Positions 45,795-63,872 of a stretch of DNA of 64,000 bases are shown here, in pieces. The number at the start of each line of letters is the position of its first letter. Positions within the stretch are counted from its first letter, which is position 1. A model generated the notes under the pieces. That model ran no database searches. It worked only from the letters and a program-made list of their open reading frames with translations, and had not been told where the DNA came from. Origin of the DNA: the human T2T-CHM13v2.0 reference genome, Homo sapiens; the NCBI RefSeq assembly GCF_009914755.1, contig NC_060930.1. One strand, given 5' to 3'. The position numbers and the translations under genes are program-made.

Positions 45795-46304
45795 TGTTGG
45801 GAACAGGCCCCCAAATCTGGCCATAAACTGGCCCCAAAACTGGCCATAAACAAAATCTCTGCAGCCCTGTGACATGTTTGTGATGGCCATGATGCCCATG
45901 CTGAAGGTTGTGGGTTTACCAGAATGAGGGCAAGGAACACCTGGCCCACCCAGGGCAGAAAACCGCTTAAAGGCATTCCTAAATCACAAACAATAGCATG
46001 AGTGATCTGTGCCTTAAGGACATGTTTCTGCTGCAGATAACTAGACAGAGCCCATCCCTTTGTTTCGGCCCATCCCTTTGTTTCCCTTAAGGAATACTTT
46101 TAGTTAATCTATAATCTATAGAAATAATGCTTATCACTGGCTTCGTGTCAATCAATATGTGGGTCAAACTCTGTTCAGGGCTCTCAGCTCTGAAGGCTGT
46201 GAGTGCCCTGATTTCCCACTCCATACTCTATATTTCTGTGTGTGTGTCTTTAATTCCTCTAGTGCCGCTGGGTTAGCATCTCCATGATCGAGGTGGTCTT
46301 GGCA
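45795..46304 (+). mobile_element. MER9 (HERV-K HML-3) solo LTR
   Basis: TGTTGGGAACAGGCCCCCAAATCTGGCCATAAAC...TTGGCA with a perfect 6-bp TSD AGGTTA at 45789-45794 and 46305-46310. Confidence 0.9.
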
Positions 46305-47174
46305 AGGTTATAATTATAGGATATCTAATATTGAATCCTAGTCATATTAACCTGTGCTATTTAATTTGTAATCTGAAAGTGATCAGTTACTAATAATTCC
46401 CCCAAAGTGTAACACAGATATTATTGTTTTTATTGTTTTGTACTTTTCAAACCAGTCAAGCAAACTTTATGCAGCAGAACAACAAGAATGAGTTCTCTCA
46501 CTTTATCAAACTGAAGGGAGGAGATAGGTGCTTGCATAAGCTCTGGCAACTTGTATATGAAAAAATCAGGGTAAGGACAATACATTTTTAGCTCTGACGA
46601 CCTGTTCCTATGTCAACAACACTGAAGGCAAAGTAGAAGCCCTGAGATGCTCCCCTTGTCAGGCCTAAACCTCATGTCAACGTTTGTGAACTGGGATTTC
46701 CAAAGCAGAAATGAATTTATGCGGCAAGCAATTTTACTGTAGAACTAACAGTGAAGCCAGCTTTTTCCCAGATAGGAATGATGACTAACTGCACTGAAGC
46801 ATCAGCTTCTTTTTCCCTGTAAACTTCTGTCAGGAATACCACAAAAGTGTGATTGTGTTCTCCTTAGTGCATCCTATCAGTATGTACATATTTCTTTATT
46901 CTGTTATGGGCAATATTGGCTTTGATTACTTGGTTAATGTTGTATCTGCCAGGCATCTTTACTATAAAAATTAGTGTTTTTCTCAGTAATATATAAGTGT
47001 CATGTGGGGAAGTATGTTGAGATTAGGTAGCATTCTGTTTTTTAACTAGCTTTCATCCACTAGTTTTATTAGTAAGCATCCCTTAATATTCCTTCCCAGA
47101 AACAATTATTACTATAGTGGTTTCCAAGTAATGATTCTTAAAGTTCCATCATTCCTTCCAAATTTAATAATTTG

Positions 47175-50255
<3,081 letters not shown>

Positions 50256-50292
50256 GTTGGCATTCTATATGAAGGAATAGCTTTCCTTTGTT

Positions 50293-50294
<2 letters not shown>

Positions 50295-50330
<36 letters not shown>

Positions 50331-50336
50331 TGTGTG
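50295..50336 (+). repeat. (TG)n microsatellite
   Basis: Directly visible. Confidence 0.95.
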
Positions 50337-51269
50337 TATCAGGTATTATTTATCTATGTGTCTATCCATATATCTTAATATGGTCTTATGCATTCTTATT
50401 TCATTCTATCATTATTTTGATGCTGAAATGGTCAGTGTTTTGGCTAGAGAGGATCCCTTCTGGGTGGCTTATATGTCTTTTTTATATGTCTCCATACTTC
50501 TTAAAATATTTTCTTACTGTTGGCAAACTCAGATGAACTTGACATATCTGACACTTTTCTTTGGGAGGAACAGATAACTTTGTTTATCTTAGGTCAAATG
50601 ACAAAAACTTTGAATAAAGCAATGGGGTTTCCTAATGAACAATTCACTAGAAATGCATGGAGTAGATAACACCAAGAGATGGTAATATTGTTGGCAAATA
50701 TTTATTTTGTTATAACACCACATTTCTTTACCCTCTCAGGAAATGGAAAGTTTTTGTATTGTGCTTGAGAGTGGGGCAATGGTGAAGAACAGTGACTGGC
50801 TATGGGTTTGGGGAGTCATTTGGCAGGAGTGTAAATCCTTGAAATTTGAAGATCTTTCAAATTACCTTGATTCTCCTCAACAAAATACTAGCAAACCAAA
50901 TCCAACAGCATATAAAAACCCAATTTCTTAGCTTTTTGTTGAAATAGCTATTTCCTCACGTTTTCTATCTTCTAGAGGTGACCTATATTCCTTGGCTCAT
51001 GGCCCATTCTTCTATCTTTAAAGTCAGCAGCAGAGTATCTTTTCTCTGACCTCCAGCCTCCCTCTTATATGGACACAGGTGATTATATTAGCCTACCTGC
51101 CTAATCCAGGATAATATCCCCATCTCAAGATTCTGAATTTAATCACATCTATAAAAGTCCTTTTGCCATGTAAAGTAACATATAATCACAGGCTCCACAG
51201 ATTAGGGTGTGAGCATTTGCATCGCAGAGAAAAAGCCTACCATGACCCCTTGCGTCCCAGGGATAAAGC

Positions 51270-53646
51270 CTACCATGATCAAGTAGGCTTTATCCCTGAG
51301 AGGAAAGGTTGGTTCAACATATGCAAATCAATACATGTGATTCATCACATAAACAGAAATGAAAACAAAAACCACATAATTATCTCAATACATGCAGAGA
51401 AGGCTTTCAATAAAATTCAACATCCCTTCATGTTAAAAACCCTCAATAAACTAGGCATTGAAGGAATATACTTCAAAATAATAAAAGCAATCTATAAAAA
51501 ACCCACAGCCAACATCATACTGAATGGAAAAAGCTGGAAGCATTCCCCTTGAAAACCGGCATAAGACATGGATGCCCTCTCTCACCACACCTATTCAACA
51601 TAGTACTGGAAGTCCTGGCCAGAGCAATCAGGCAAGAGAAAGAAATGAAAGGCATCCAAATAAGAAGAGAGGAAGTTATACTATTCCTGGTTGCAAAAGA
51701 CATGAATCCGTATGAGAAAACCCCATAGTCTTGGTCCAAAAGCTCCTTGATCTGATAAACAACTTCAGAAAAGTTTCAGGATACAAAAGCAATGTACAAA
51801 AATTTAGCATTCCCATACATCAACAACATTCAATCTGAGGGCTAAATCAGGAATGCCATCCCATTCACAACTGCCACAAGAAGAATAAAATACCTAGAAA
51901 TTCTGCTAACCAAGAACGTAAAACATCTCTACAATGAGAATTACAAAAAACTGCTGAAAGAAATCAGAGGTGCCACAAACAAATGGAAAAACATCCCATG
52001 CTCATGGATACTAAGATTCAGTATCATTAAAATGGCCACACTGGTCCAAAGCAATTTATAGATTCAGTGCAACTCCTATCAAACTACCAATGACATTGTT
52101 CACAGCATTAGAAAAAAACTATTTTAAAATTTGTATGGAACCGAAAAAGAGCCCTAATAGCCAAGGCAATCCTAAGAAAAAAGGAAAAAGCTAGAGGCAT
52201 CACCTTACCCAACTTATACTAGAGGGCTACAGTATCCAAAACAGCACGGTACTGGAAAAAAAAAAAAAAAAACAAAACAGATATATAGACCAATAGAATA
52301 AATAGAGAACCCAGAAATAGTGCAACACACCTACAAAAAAATATGATCTTCAACAAAGCTGACCAAAACAAGCAATGGGGAAAGGACTCCCCATTTTATA
52401 AAAGGTGCTGGGATAAGTGACTAGCTCTGTGCAGAAGATTGAAACTGGATGCCAACTTTGCACCACATACAAAAATCAACTCAAGATGGATTAAACACTT
52501 AAATGTTAAAATGAAAACTATTAATATAAAAACTCTGGAAGATAACCTAGGAAATACCATTCTGGACATAGGACTTGGGAAACATTTCATCATGAAGATG
52601 CCAAAAGCAATTGCAACAAAAACAAAAATTGACAAATGAAGCCTAATTAAACTAAAGAACGTCTCACAGTAAGAGAAACTATCAACAGTGGAAACAGACA
52701 ACCTACAAAATGAGAGAAAATATCTGCATACAATGCATTTGACAAAGGTCTAATATCTGGCATCTAGAAAGAACTTAAACAAATTTATAAGAAAGAAACA
52801 ATGCCGTTTAAAAGTCAGCAAAAGACATGAACAGACACTTTCCAAAAGAAGGTACACATGCGGCCAAGCATATGAAAAAATGCTCAATATCATTAATCAT
52901 TAGAGAAATGCAAATCAAAACCGCAATGAGATACCATCTCGTACCAGGTGGAATGGCTATTATCAAAAAGTCAAATTATTAATAACAGATACATCAAGGT
53001 TATGGAGAAAAGGGAATGCTTATACACTGCTGGTGGGAATGTAAATTACCTTAGCTATTGTGGAAAATGGTGTAATGATTCCTCCAAGAACTTAAAACAG
53101 AACTACTCTTCCACCAAGCAATCCCATTAGCGGGTATATACCCAAAGGAATATAAATCATTCTACCATAAAGACATATGCACGAGTATGTTCACTGCAGC
53201 ACTGTTCACAACAGCAAATACATGAAATCAACCTAAATGCCCATCAACAGTAGATTGGGTAAAGAAAATGTGGTACATAGACCCCATGGAATACTATGCA
53301 GTCATAAAAAGAATGAGGTCATTTCCTTTGCAGCACCATGGATGGAGCTGCAGGCCATCATCCTAAGCAAACTAAATGGAAAAGAGCCAAATACCACATG
53401 TTCTCACTTATAAGTGGGAGCTAAACATAAGAACACATGGATACTAGAAGGTGAACCACATGCACTGGGGTCTACTTGACGGTGGAGGGTGGGAGGAGGA
53501 AGAAGATCAGAAAAAATACCTATTGAGTACTATGCTTATTACCTGGATGATGAAATTATCTGTACTCCAAACCCCTGTGATGCGCAGTTTACCTGTATAA
53601 CAAACCTGCACATATACCCATGAACCTAAAATAAAAGTTAAAAAAA
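51270..53646 (+). mobile_element. Older L1P element, ORF2 3' half plus 3'UTR
   Basis: YHDQVGFIP...[18 protein letters not shown] in ORF 51163-51552. The 3' end reads aacctaaaataaaagttaaaaaaa. Confidence 0.9.
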
Positions 53647-54424
53647 CCTAAACCCCAAATTACCTTCAACCTTTATGAGTTTTTACATTTGAAAGTTAAA
53701 TCGATAACTTAATGACAATAATTCAACTCTCTCATGCTTATCCCCCTCATCTAACCCAAAACAAAACAAGATGGGATGCTGAGGTGAGGAACCTTTGAAT
53801 TTTTAAATAGTATTAGGTCTAGCAGAACCTCAGAAAGACATGTTTACATTAAGAGGACTTTGACTATTGATATGGGCATGTAAGTTCTTTACTGCCACGT
53901 TCCTAGTAATTCCTGAATTGCACATGTATGAAATGACATTAATTCTCTCATACTTTAGGGTTGCTTGTTAGTGCCTAGAAGGAATACAGTCTCTGTGGCC
54001 AGTCTCCTTGGATCAACAAGAGCCTTGTAGTTTCCCATTTTTCATGCGCTAATAGTGAAAATGTTTAGAAAGCCCCATCTATCCTCCCACATTGGCGTCC
54101 CACTGATGTGCTGTCCTGGTTGCTAGGTGCAGATTTAGGTTCCAAGCAGAACACTGCTAGTGTTCTCTGCAGTTTGTTGTAGAATCATAGTGTCTTGGCA
54201 ACCAAAGGCAGATCTGGTGCTATGGAGGACCTGCTTACTGCTATGAGGTGTTACTTTATAGAGGTCCTGGAGAAGCTGATTGAGGCCACGTCAATGTTGC
54301 AAGGAGACATGAGACTCACATCAGAGTTCTATGGCTTAACATGGGGGATGGTGGTAAGTGCGGCTCTATTTGGATTTTGTAATTATAAAAGCCCACTTTA
54401 TGTAGAGAGAAAAAAAAGAGTTTA

Positions 54425-54792
<368 letters not shown>

Positions 54793-54924
54793 GAGTATGA
54801 AGAGTATAAATTATTTTTCATGGAGTCCTGCCCTTAGAACAAGGCATTAAATCCTCTAAGTGTATAGGAAATTTGAGTTCAAAATAGATGCTTTGAAAAA
54901 AAGGAATGTTTTTGAAAAATGCGA

Positions 54925-55700
54925 ATTTTTACAGATTTACAATGTAGAAGTGCAGTTGTGTTCCATGGATATATTGCATAGTGGTGAAGTCTGATTTTTC
55001 AATGTATCCATCATCCAAATAAAATACATTGTCCTCAGTAGGTAGTCTTTCATCCCTCAACCCTTTCCCAGCCTCCCACCTTTTGGAGTCTCCAATGCCT
55101 ATATTTCACTCTATATCCACATGTACCCATTGTTTAGCTCCCACTTATAATTGATAATATGTAGCATTTGGCTTTTTGTTTCTGAGTTCTCTTAAGCCAA
55201 TGGCCTCCAGTTACAGTCACGTTGCTGCAAAAGACATGATTTCAGTCTTTTTATGGCCAAGTAGTATTCTAAAGTGTGTATATATGTATACCACATTTTA
55301 GAAATCCAATAGTCCACTGATGGACACTCAGGCTGATTTTATTACTTTGCTATTGTGGATAGTGCTGCGATATACATAGACACATAGGTTTCTTTTTGAT
55401 ATAATGATTTCTTTACCTTTAGCTTGATATCCAGTAATGGGATTGCTGGATCGAATGGTAGCTCTATTTTTAGTTCTTTGAAAAGTCTCCATACTGTTTT
55501 CCACAGAGGTTGTACTAATTTACATTCCCACCAATAGTGTATGTAATCCTTTTCTCTATACCCTCGGCAAAATTTTTTTTTTCTGAATTTAATAATGGCC
55601 ATTTTGACTGGCATAACATAATATCTCACTGTGGTTTTAATTTGCAGTTCTCTTATGATTAGCATTTGTTCATATGATTATTGGCCATTTATATGTCATC
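54925..55700 (-). mobile_element. L1PB/L1MA-type 3' end
   Basis: ORF 55342-55665 ([20 protein letters not shown]) and an old-type 3'UTR. Confidence 0.85.
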
Positions 55701-56183
55701 TTTAAAAAAAAAAGAACACCTTAAAGTTCAGAATGAATTACATTCATGGCTAGGTTTAGAATATGGGTTCCGTTACTGGAAGATGTGTTGAAGTCTTTTA
55801 AATAGTGAGAAGCTAATGCCAAAATAGCCTTAAAACTATGTCAGAAGAGGAAAAAAAACAACTTAAGACAGCAAAAAAAAAAAAAAAAAAAATTGGGTTT
55901 GGATGAGCATTTCAATCTTGAGAAAAACCTAACGTGTTTGCAAAAGAAACTCAAGGATTGGATGACAAGTTTACCACTGGGCAAAAGGATATTTATATCC
56001 TTGGATTAAGTGTTAAGTGATAAGAAATCAAATAAAATAACTGAGTAAACAGTTGATGAATATTCCCTACTATACTTGGAGAAGATAAAATGGATGCTGG
56101 GACTTAGAATTGGATCAAATCAGAACAAGTACCAATCAATGTTCAGTCAAAGGTGATTGATTTGTTTATGCTTCTTAAAATAC

Positions 56184-56516
<333 letters not shown>

Positions 56517-56599
56517 TAGAAATTAGGTTGTATGAATAACATTGAATCTTGAAGCCTTTAAAAATCACACTGAACATATTCGGCATGAATTAAGCATTT

Positions 56600-57172
56600 T
56601 TTAAAATTATACTTTAAGTTCTGGGGTACATGTGCACAATGTGCAGGTTTGTTACATAGGTATACATGTGCCATGTTGATTTGCTGCACCCATCAACTCG
56701 TCATTTACATTAGGTATTTCTCCTAATGCTATCCCTCCCCCAGTGCCCCCCACCCCCCGACAGGCCCTGGTGTGTGATGTTCCCCACCCTGTGTCCAAGT
56801 GTTCTCATTGTTCAACTCCCACTTATAAATGAGAACATGCAGTGTTTGGTTTTCTGTCCTTGTGATAGTTTGCTGAGAATGATGGTTTCCAGTTTCATCC
56901 ATGTCCCTGCAAAGGGCATGAACTCATCCTTTTCTATGGCTGCATAGCATTCCACTGTGTATATGTGCCACATTTTCTTTATCCAGTGTATTATTGATGG
57001 ACATTTGGGTTGGTTCCAAGTCTTTGCTATTGTGAGTGCCACAATAAACATACGTGTTCATGTGTCTTTATAGTATAATGATTTATAATCCTTTGAGTAT
57101 ATACCCAGTAATGGGATCGCTGGGTCAAATGGTATTTCTAGTTCTAGATCCTTGAGGAATCGCCACACTGTC
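56600..57172 (-). mobile_element. L1PA 3' end
   Basis: Primate L1 3'UTR with TSD taagcattt at 56591-56599 and 57173-57181. Confidence 0.92.
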
Positions 57173-57689
57173 TAAGCATTTGTCTAGTAAGAAAATGTAA
57201 TTTGAAAGTAAGGTTCAGAACATTTAACCAAATGTTCAAGTAATTTCTAAACTGTATTGAGAAAATGGAATAAAGTTTCATAGATTATTTGTATTAGAAA
57301 AAGTTAATTAGAAAGTTTTCAAATGCACATTAAGTGATAGATACACACACACACAAAACAAAAATTCTTAGAGAAAAAAATGAAAAAACTGACCTGTTCT
57401 TATCAAAGACATGATTTCCCACATTTAAAAAACCTTGTAATAGTTGATTTACAGTTAAGTTGACTGATGGAAATCTCACTGATTTAAGAAAATCTATATG
57501 AAAGTCCAGATACCAGTATTTTTTCCTATAAAAAGCTACGTAGTCAATATTAAGGCTTTGTAAACCAAGACACAAAACTGGAGTATTATGAAAGTACTTA
57601 TATAACAAAATTAAAAATAAATTCTCACAATTTTTTTTTGTTGCTGAAACAAAAGCACTGAAAATAATAAATACTAGCAAGAATGCAAA

Positions 57690-59569
57690 GTGAGGGAAAC
57701 TCTCTTTGATTGCTGGTAGAAATGCAAAGTGGTGCAACCACTTTGACTATTTGGCAATTTTTATAAAGTTTAATATAGTCTTGCCATATGACTTAACAAT
57801 CACATTCCTAAGTATTTACCCTAGTGAATTAAAACTTAGGTCCGTGTAAAAATCTGCATGCAAATGTTTATATCAGTTTCATTCATAATTACTCCAAACT
57901 GTAAGCAACCCATGCCCTTCAACAGGGGAAAGATAATCTTGGGTATTTCCACACAATGATCTATGATTTTGTGGAAGTTGATTGATCAATGAATACTATT
58001 GATCAATGGGATGGAATGAGCTACTGATACATGCAACAACATGAATATATGTTAAGGGTATTTTACTAAATGAATGAAGCCAGACTTCAAAGTCTGAATA
58101 TTGTATGATTTCATTCATAAGACATCTGGGGAAAAAAAACCCACTGGGATGGAAACACATCAGTGGTATCCAGGGCTTAGTGTAAGGGAGATTAGTTTAT
58201 TACAAAGAAGACACACAGGGGAATTTTTAAATGATGGAGTTGTTTTGTATGGTGCTGCACTAGTAATACACAAGTCCATGATTTATTAATCCCTAAGTAG
58301 TGTATCACAAAATTGCACTCAAATGCATGCAAATAAACAAGCAAAAATATCACCAAGATGTGGGAAGATCCTAGAATGGTATGACAGTGGCAAATCAACC
58401 TCACTTTATATAAATATGTAAGCTAACAACACTGAAAAGGGTAGAGAAGAAGTAAAAAGTGGCCTAACTTACCTTGAGAAATAATGTTTTGATTAAAAAA
58501 TGTCAGACTGTAGACAAAAGTAACTTTGCATAAATATGGTATTCTGAATAGTAAATTTGTTTCTCATGCGGGTTCAGCTAATTCTGTAATTGCTTCACAT
58601 GCATACCAGTTGAACAAAAATATTAAAATATGAACAGTGGCATCCAGGTTTCTCCCTGTTGGTAAGAGAAGTTACAGAGAAGCAAGAAAGGAAGGCCAGA
58701 ATGACCATTAGGGACTGTGTTAGAGTCAGAGTTATCACTATGACCTCATGTTTAAACACAAGCCCAAATGCACATGGACACACACAGATGGACAAATAAG
58801 GAAACAACGACAGATATGTGTGTATTCAGGGCTTACTGTGTAGACACACATTACCTAGCCCTTTCTGCTGAAATAGCCTAGAAACAATGTTACCCTCATA
58901 GCAATGTGCACATGTCACACTCAGATAATGTTTTCTAATGCCATTTTCCAGTGAAAAGAAACAGAGATCGTTGGAGAAATGTCTGATTATAAGATATTTC
59001 TAAGCCTGGTGAAGAAATATATAAGAGAAGCCTGGAGAAGAACCAGTAATACCAGAAATCAGGGAGGGGCCCTGAAGAGAAAAGGATAACAAAAGGATGA
59101 AGACCTGTCCAAGGGACCCAGCAGCTAACTTGAAAGAGCTCTCAATGGGTAAAGCTGGAGCAATTTCAACAACAAAATAAATAACATATCACTGGATTAT
59201 AACCTGAAGTATAAAACGTATGAGTCCATACTCTTATAAATAAATGATTGAATAAATACATAAATGAGAAGAAGGGAGAAATCTTCCTTACTAGTCTATT
59301 AATAGTCCCCACTTTCAGATGTGGAGCTCATGATCTCCTTTGTTAAGTGTAGGCTGGACTCAGTGACTGTCTTCCAAGGAATAGAGTATGGACAGGTAAC
59401 AATTGTAAGTTTCAGTTTTATTTAGTGAAAACACTACCTTAACCAAGTGATTAAAGTCAGCACCATCAGTGATGCCATGTAGATATTATGTAACCCCTGC
59501 TCTGATGGGATAAAAAGGGCACTTTACCTCTGTGGTCTCCTCTGCAAAAATTCAAAGGCCCAGTGTAAT
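57690..59569 (+). mobile_element. Old L1ME/L1MC 3' fragments
   Basis: Decayed L1M 3' motifs (aatgcaaagtggtgcaaccacttt; tactgatacatgcaacaacatga). Confidence 0.6.
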
Positions 59570-61103
59570 TGATGGCAGCTGAAACCCATCTGGACTGTGA
59601 TGCCGGTGTAGTAGGGGAGATGCAGGTGTGGCTGTGCGCTCCGTGGAGCCCCTGGAGCCGGGAACAGGCGGAAGCCCCAACCCCTTATGAGTTGACAGGG
59701 CAAGAGCCTTGTGCTCCCCAGGCTCAGCTGCAGTTGCCCAGCAGCGGCTGTGGACAGGACATCCCTGTGCGCTTGGGGTTCAGGAGCAGGCAGAAGCCCC
59801 ACCCTCCCTGGTGCAGCTGCAGCTGCTCAAGCTGTGTCTACAAACCTGGGCATCCCTGTGTTCTTGGGTGCCAGGAGTAAGAGCCCTGCCCTCCTGGGCG
59901 CAGCTGCAGATGCCCAAGCTGCAGCGGCAGACCCGGGCATCTCTGCACTCTTGGGGGCCTGGGAAAGCCCTTTTTGCCCCCGCAGGCTTGGAGGTGCCTG
60001 CTCCTGGTGTCTGATCTCTCCCTGCTCCTGGTGCGTGCTCTGATCTCGGAGCGTGGTTGAGGCCAGGCCCAGGTGCTATTGCAACCTGGCCTGGTGTGCC
60101 CACACTTGGGGCAGCACTGACATGCCAGTCTTCTGCCACCTCAGCCCCCTCTGGGCTTTGGGCACCAGTAAGCAAGGGAGGGAGGCTGGAGGGGGTGCTG
60201 CTGAGGGCAGCTTGGCGCTGGCCTGCAGGTGCCTCTTGGCAGGAACAGCCTGGGCACCGTCAACAGTGGCAGGAGGCCCACAGGCTCCTGGGCAGAAAGG
60301 GACGGGTCCCCGGTGAGGCCCCACCTTCAACTCAGGGAAGGATTGAAGCCTGGGAGACGGGCTGCCAGCCTCACAGACTGGAGTGGGGACTTACGATGCT
60401 TTTTCCAAGCCTGCCCGTGGCTGCCCAAGGACCAATCAGCAAGCACTTCCTTTCCTCTGAAGTCCATAAAAATTCCCAGACTCAGCCAGACACAAAAAGA
60501 TGTCAGGACAGCCAGCTGCAGAGAGGAATTACCTACCCTAGGGTCTCTTTTCTGCTGAGACCTGAACACTCTGTGGGATGACCTGTCTGAGGAGAGGAGC
60601 TACCCACTCCAGGGTCTCCTCTCTGCGGAGAGCTGAACACTCGTTAGGACACCCTGGCTATGGAGAGGAGCGGGTTTCCTCTCAGCTGTTCTATTGTTCA
60701 ATAAAGCTCCTCTTCACCTTACTCACCCTCCACTTATCCACATACCTCGTGAGTGTGGGACAAGAACTTGGGACCCACTGAATGGCATGGCTGAAAGAGC
60801 TGTCACACAAACAGGGCTGAAACATGCCCTTTCCTCACCTCATTGTGGTTGACATAAAGGAGATAAGAGATGCAACTCTTTGGGGAGCCCAGACCTAGGA
60901 GCTCCCTGAGCCAGGGCTGTGACACCCTTTTGGGTGGTTCTGTGGTTCCTGGTGCGGAAGCTGCTTGCAGTACACCTGGTCCAGCCGCAGACTTGCAGGG
61001 AGATGGCACCCCTGTCAGTGCCTGGAACTGCCTGCCCTGCTGCAGCAAGCATGCCTGGCTGTGTGCAGTAGCTGGACCCCACACTTGCTCCCTCATACAC
61101 ACC
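59570..61103 (+). mobile_element. MER52-family GC-rich ERV1 LTR whose 3' end is displaced to 62708-62843 (minus)
   Basis: Starts TGATGGCAGC...ggagccgggaacaggcggaagcccc, with AATAAA near 60700. The terminal ...ccaaggatcccgtaaca is found inverted at 62708. Confidence 0.82.
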
Positions 61104-62926
61104 TGCCACAGTAAACATACTGCAGTATGTTGGGAGATATTGGATTTTACCAAAAGCTTTTTCAGCATCTATTGAGATGATCATATGGCTTTTCCTTTTA
61201 ATTCTGTTTATGTGGTGAATCACATTTGTAGATTTGCAGATGTTCAACCAATCTTGCATGCCAGAAATAGAGCCTTCTTGATTGTGGTGTATTAACTTTT
61301 TGATGTGCTGCTGGATTTGTTTGATTAGTATTTTCTCAAGGATTTTTCCTTCTATGTTCATCAGGGATATTGGATGGAATTTTTTTCTTTTCTTTCTTTT
61401 TTTTTTTTTTTATTAAGCTAACTCACCTAACTTAGTGTGGGTCACATATCTTGGCTTGATAATCCCAAGCTGTGCTTAGAAACCCAGGTAGCACCAGGAC
61501 ATCCTGCAGCTCAGGGTTGGGCTCTGGCTGCACTGTGGGATCTGATATGCTTCTGGGTTGCTGGGAAAGTACTCAGGTGAAGCAAGGCATTCAGCTGGGC
61601 TGTGCAAGCTGCACAATGCACCTGCTTCTCCAGGGCAGCTAGGCATAGGACCTGAGAGGAGCCTGCAGGCAGGAGGGCTTGCAGAACAGATGTGTCTTAG
61701 TCCCATAGGGAAGCCAGCCCTGCTCTCCTTTGGCTTGACAGTCAGCTGAGTCAAGAGCCTTGCAGAGGGAGATGGGAAGCTCTCAGGGATGTGTGTCTAT
61801 GGCTACCCTCCACCAAAGCTGCCCAGCACACAAAAGCTCCCAGGCTCTGCACTGTCTGAAGTACTGTCTCTGCCTGTTCCCCAGGGAGATACCCCTGCCA
61901 GCTAACACATTTATGGGGGATATGGGGTCTCTCATAGCTAGGATCCCAGAGGTACATGACAAGAGTGAGCTGTCCCTCAGTTCCCTGGCTCACCAATTTC
62001 CCAGGAGCCATCTGGGGCTGGGAACTAGCCCTGGCATTCAGGTACCACTTCAGGGTTTCCAGATTTCTGACTCTACAGCCTCAGCTTCAGCTTTGCTTCT
62101 CCATACACTCAGTGTTTTCTCTCCTAAGATCACACATTGACTTTGTATCCTGAGACTTTGCTGAATTTGCTTATCAGCTTAAGGAGATTTTGGGCTGAGA
62201 TGATTAAATCAACCAATTTATGTTGATTAACTCAATAATTTGGTCTCTCTCGGTGAAAGCAGTGCTTCCTGGCTGCAACTAATTGGACATCTTGTCCCTT
62301 CCCATCTGTGTAACACATTTTTTATACATGCTTTATTTTGTCATAATTTTAGCTTTACAGAAAAGTTGCAAAGATGGCAAAGAATTCCCATATACACCTC
62401 AACCAGTTTCACTTTCACTTAATGTTACATTTCTCTGGTACATTTTTCAAAATTCAGAAACTAACATTGGTATGTTACTACTACCAAAATTCTAGACTAT
62501 CTTTGGATTTCAGCAAGATTTTCTTTAACATCCTTTTTTTGTTGCAGAATCCCATCCAGGACACTCCATTGCCTTTAGTTGTCATGTGTTTCAGTTTCCT
62601 GAATCTCTGTTATCTTGTTTTTCATGATGTTGATAATTCTGAGTACTGCTCAGGTATCTTACAGAATGCACTTCAATCATGGTTTGTCCAATGTTTTCTA
62701 ATGGTTATGTTACGGGATCCTTGGGTTATCACTTCACCAGCTGAAAACCTCTGTGGCTAGTGGCACTTATGCTGGGGTTTTGCTCAGGCCCACTGGCCCA
62801 CTCAGCCTGGCAGCCTGTGCTCAGCTTACATTACCAGCCTGGATACTGCACACAGCCAGGCATGCTTGCTGATATTTCTGGTTCTAGATCCTTGTGGGAG
62901 TGTAAATTAATTCAACCATTGTGGAA

Positions 62927-63872
62927 TGCCACAGTAAACATACATGTACATGCATGTTTATAGTAGAATGATTTATAATCCTTTGGGTATAAACCCAGTA
63001 ATGGGATTGCTGGGTCAAATGATATTTCTGGATCTGGTTCTAGATCCTTGTGGAATTGCCACCCTGTCTTCCACAATGGTTGAATTAATTACACTCCCAC
63101 CAACAATGTAAAAGCATTCCTATTTCTCCACATCCTCTCCAGCATCTGTTGTTTCCTGACTTTTTAATGGTCACCATTCTAACTGGCGTATGATGGAATC
63201 TCATTGTGGTTTTGATTTGCGTTTCTCTAATGATGAGTGATGATGAGCTTTTTTCATGTTTGTTGGCTACATAAATGTCTTCTTTTGAGAAGTGTCTGTT
63301 CATATCCTTTGCCCACTTTTTGATGGGGTTGTTTTTTTCTTGTAAATTTGTTTAAGTTCTTTGTAGACTCTGGATATTAGCCCTTTGTCAGATGGATGGA
63401 TTGCAAAAATTTTCTCCCATTCTGTAGGTTGCCTGTTCACTCTGATGATAGTTTCTTTTGCTGTGCAGAAGCTCTTTAGTTTAATTAGATCCCATTTGTC
63501 TATTTTGGCTTTTGTTGCTATTGCTTTTGGTGTTTTAGTCATGAAGTCTTTGTCCATGCCTATGTCCTGAATGGTATTGCCTAGGTTTTCTTCTAAATCT
63601 TTTATGGTTTTAGGTTTTATGTTTAAGTCTTTAATCCATCTTGAGTTAATTTTTGTATAAAGTGTAAGGAAGTGGTCCAGTTTCTGTTTTCTGCATGTGG
63701 CTAGCCAGTTTTCCCAACACCATTTATTAAATAGGGAATCTTTTCCACATTGCTTGTTTTTTTCAGGTTCATGGAAGATCAGATGGTTGTAGATGTGTGG
63801 TGTTATTTCTGAGGCCTCTGTTCTGTTCCATTGGTCTATATATTTGTTTTGGTACCAGTACCATGCTGTTTT
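62927..63872 (-). mobile_element. L1PA ORF2 3' fragment lacking its 3'UTR
   Basis: ORFs 63085-63303 and 63300-63557 match the ORF2 C-terminus. The left end is a rearrangement junction. Confidence 0.9.

Noticed and set aside
59524-61361. Dense overlapping ORFs on both strands
   Set aside because: Expected from the GC-rich MER52 LTR and the adjoining L1 fragment.
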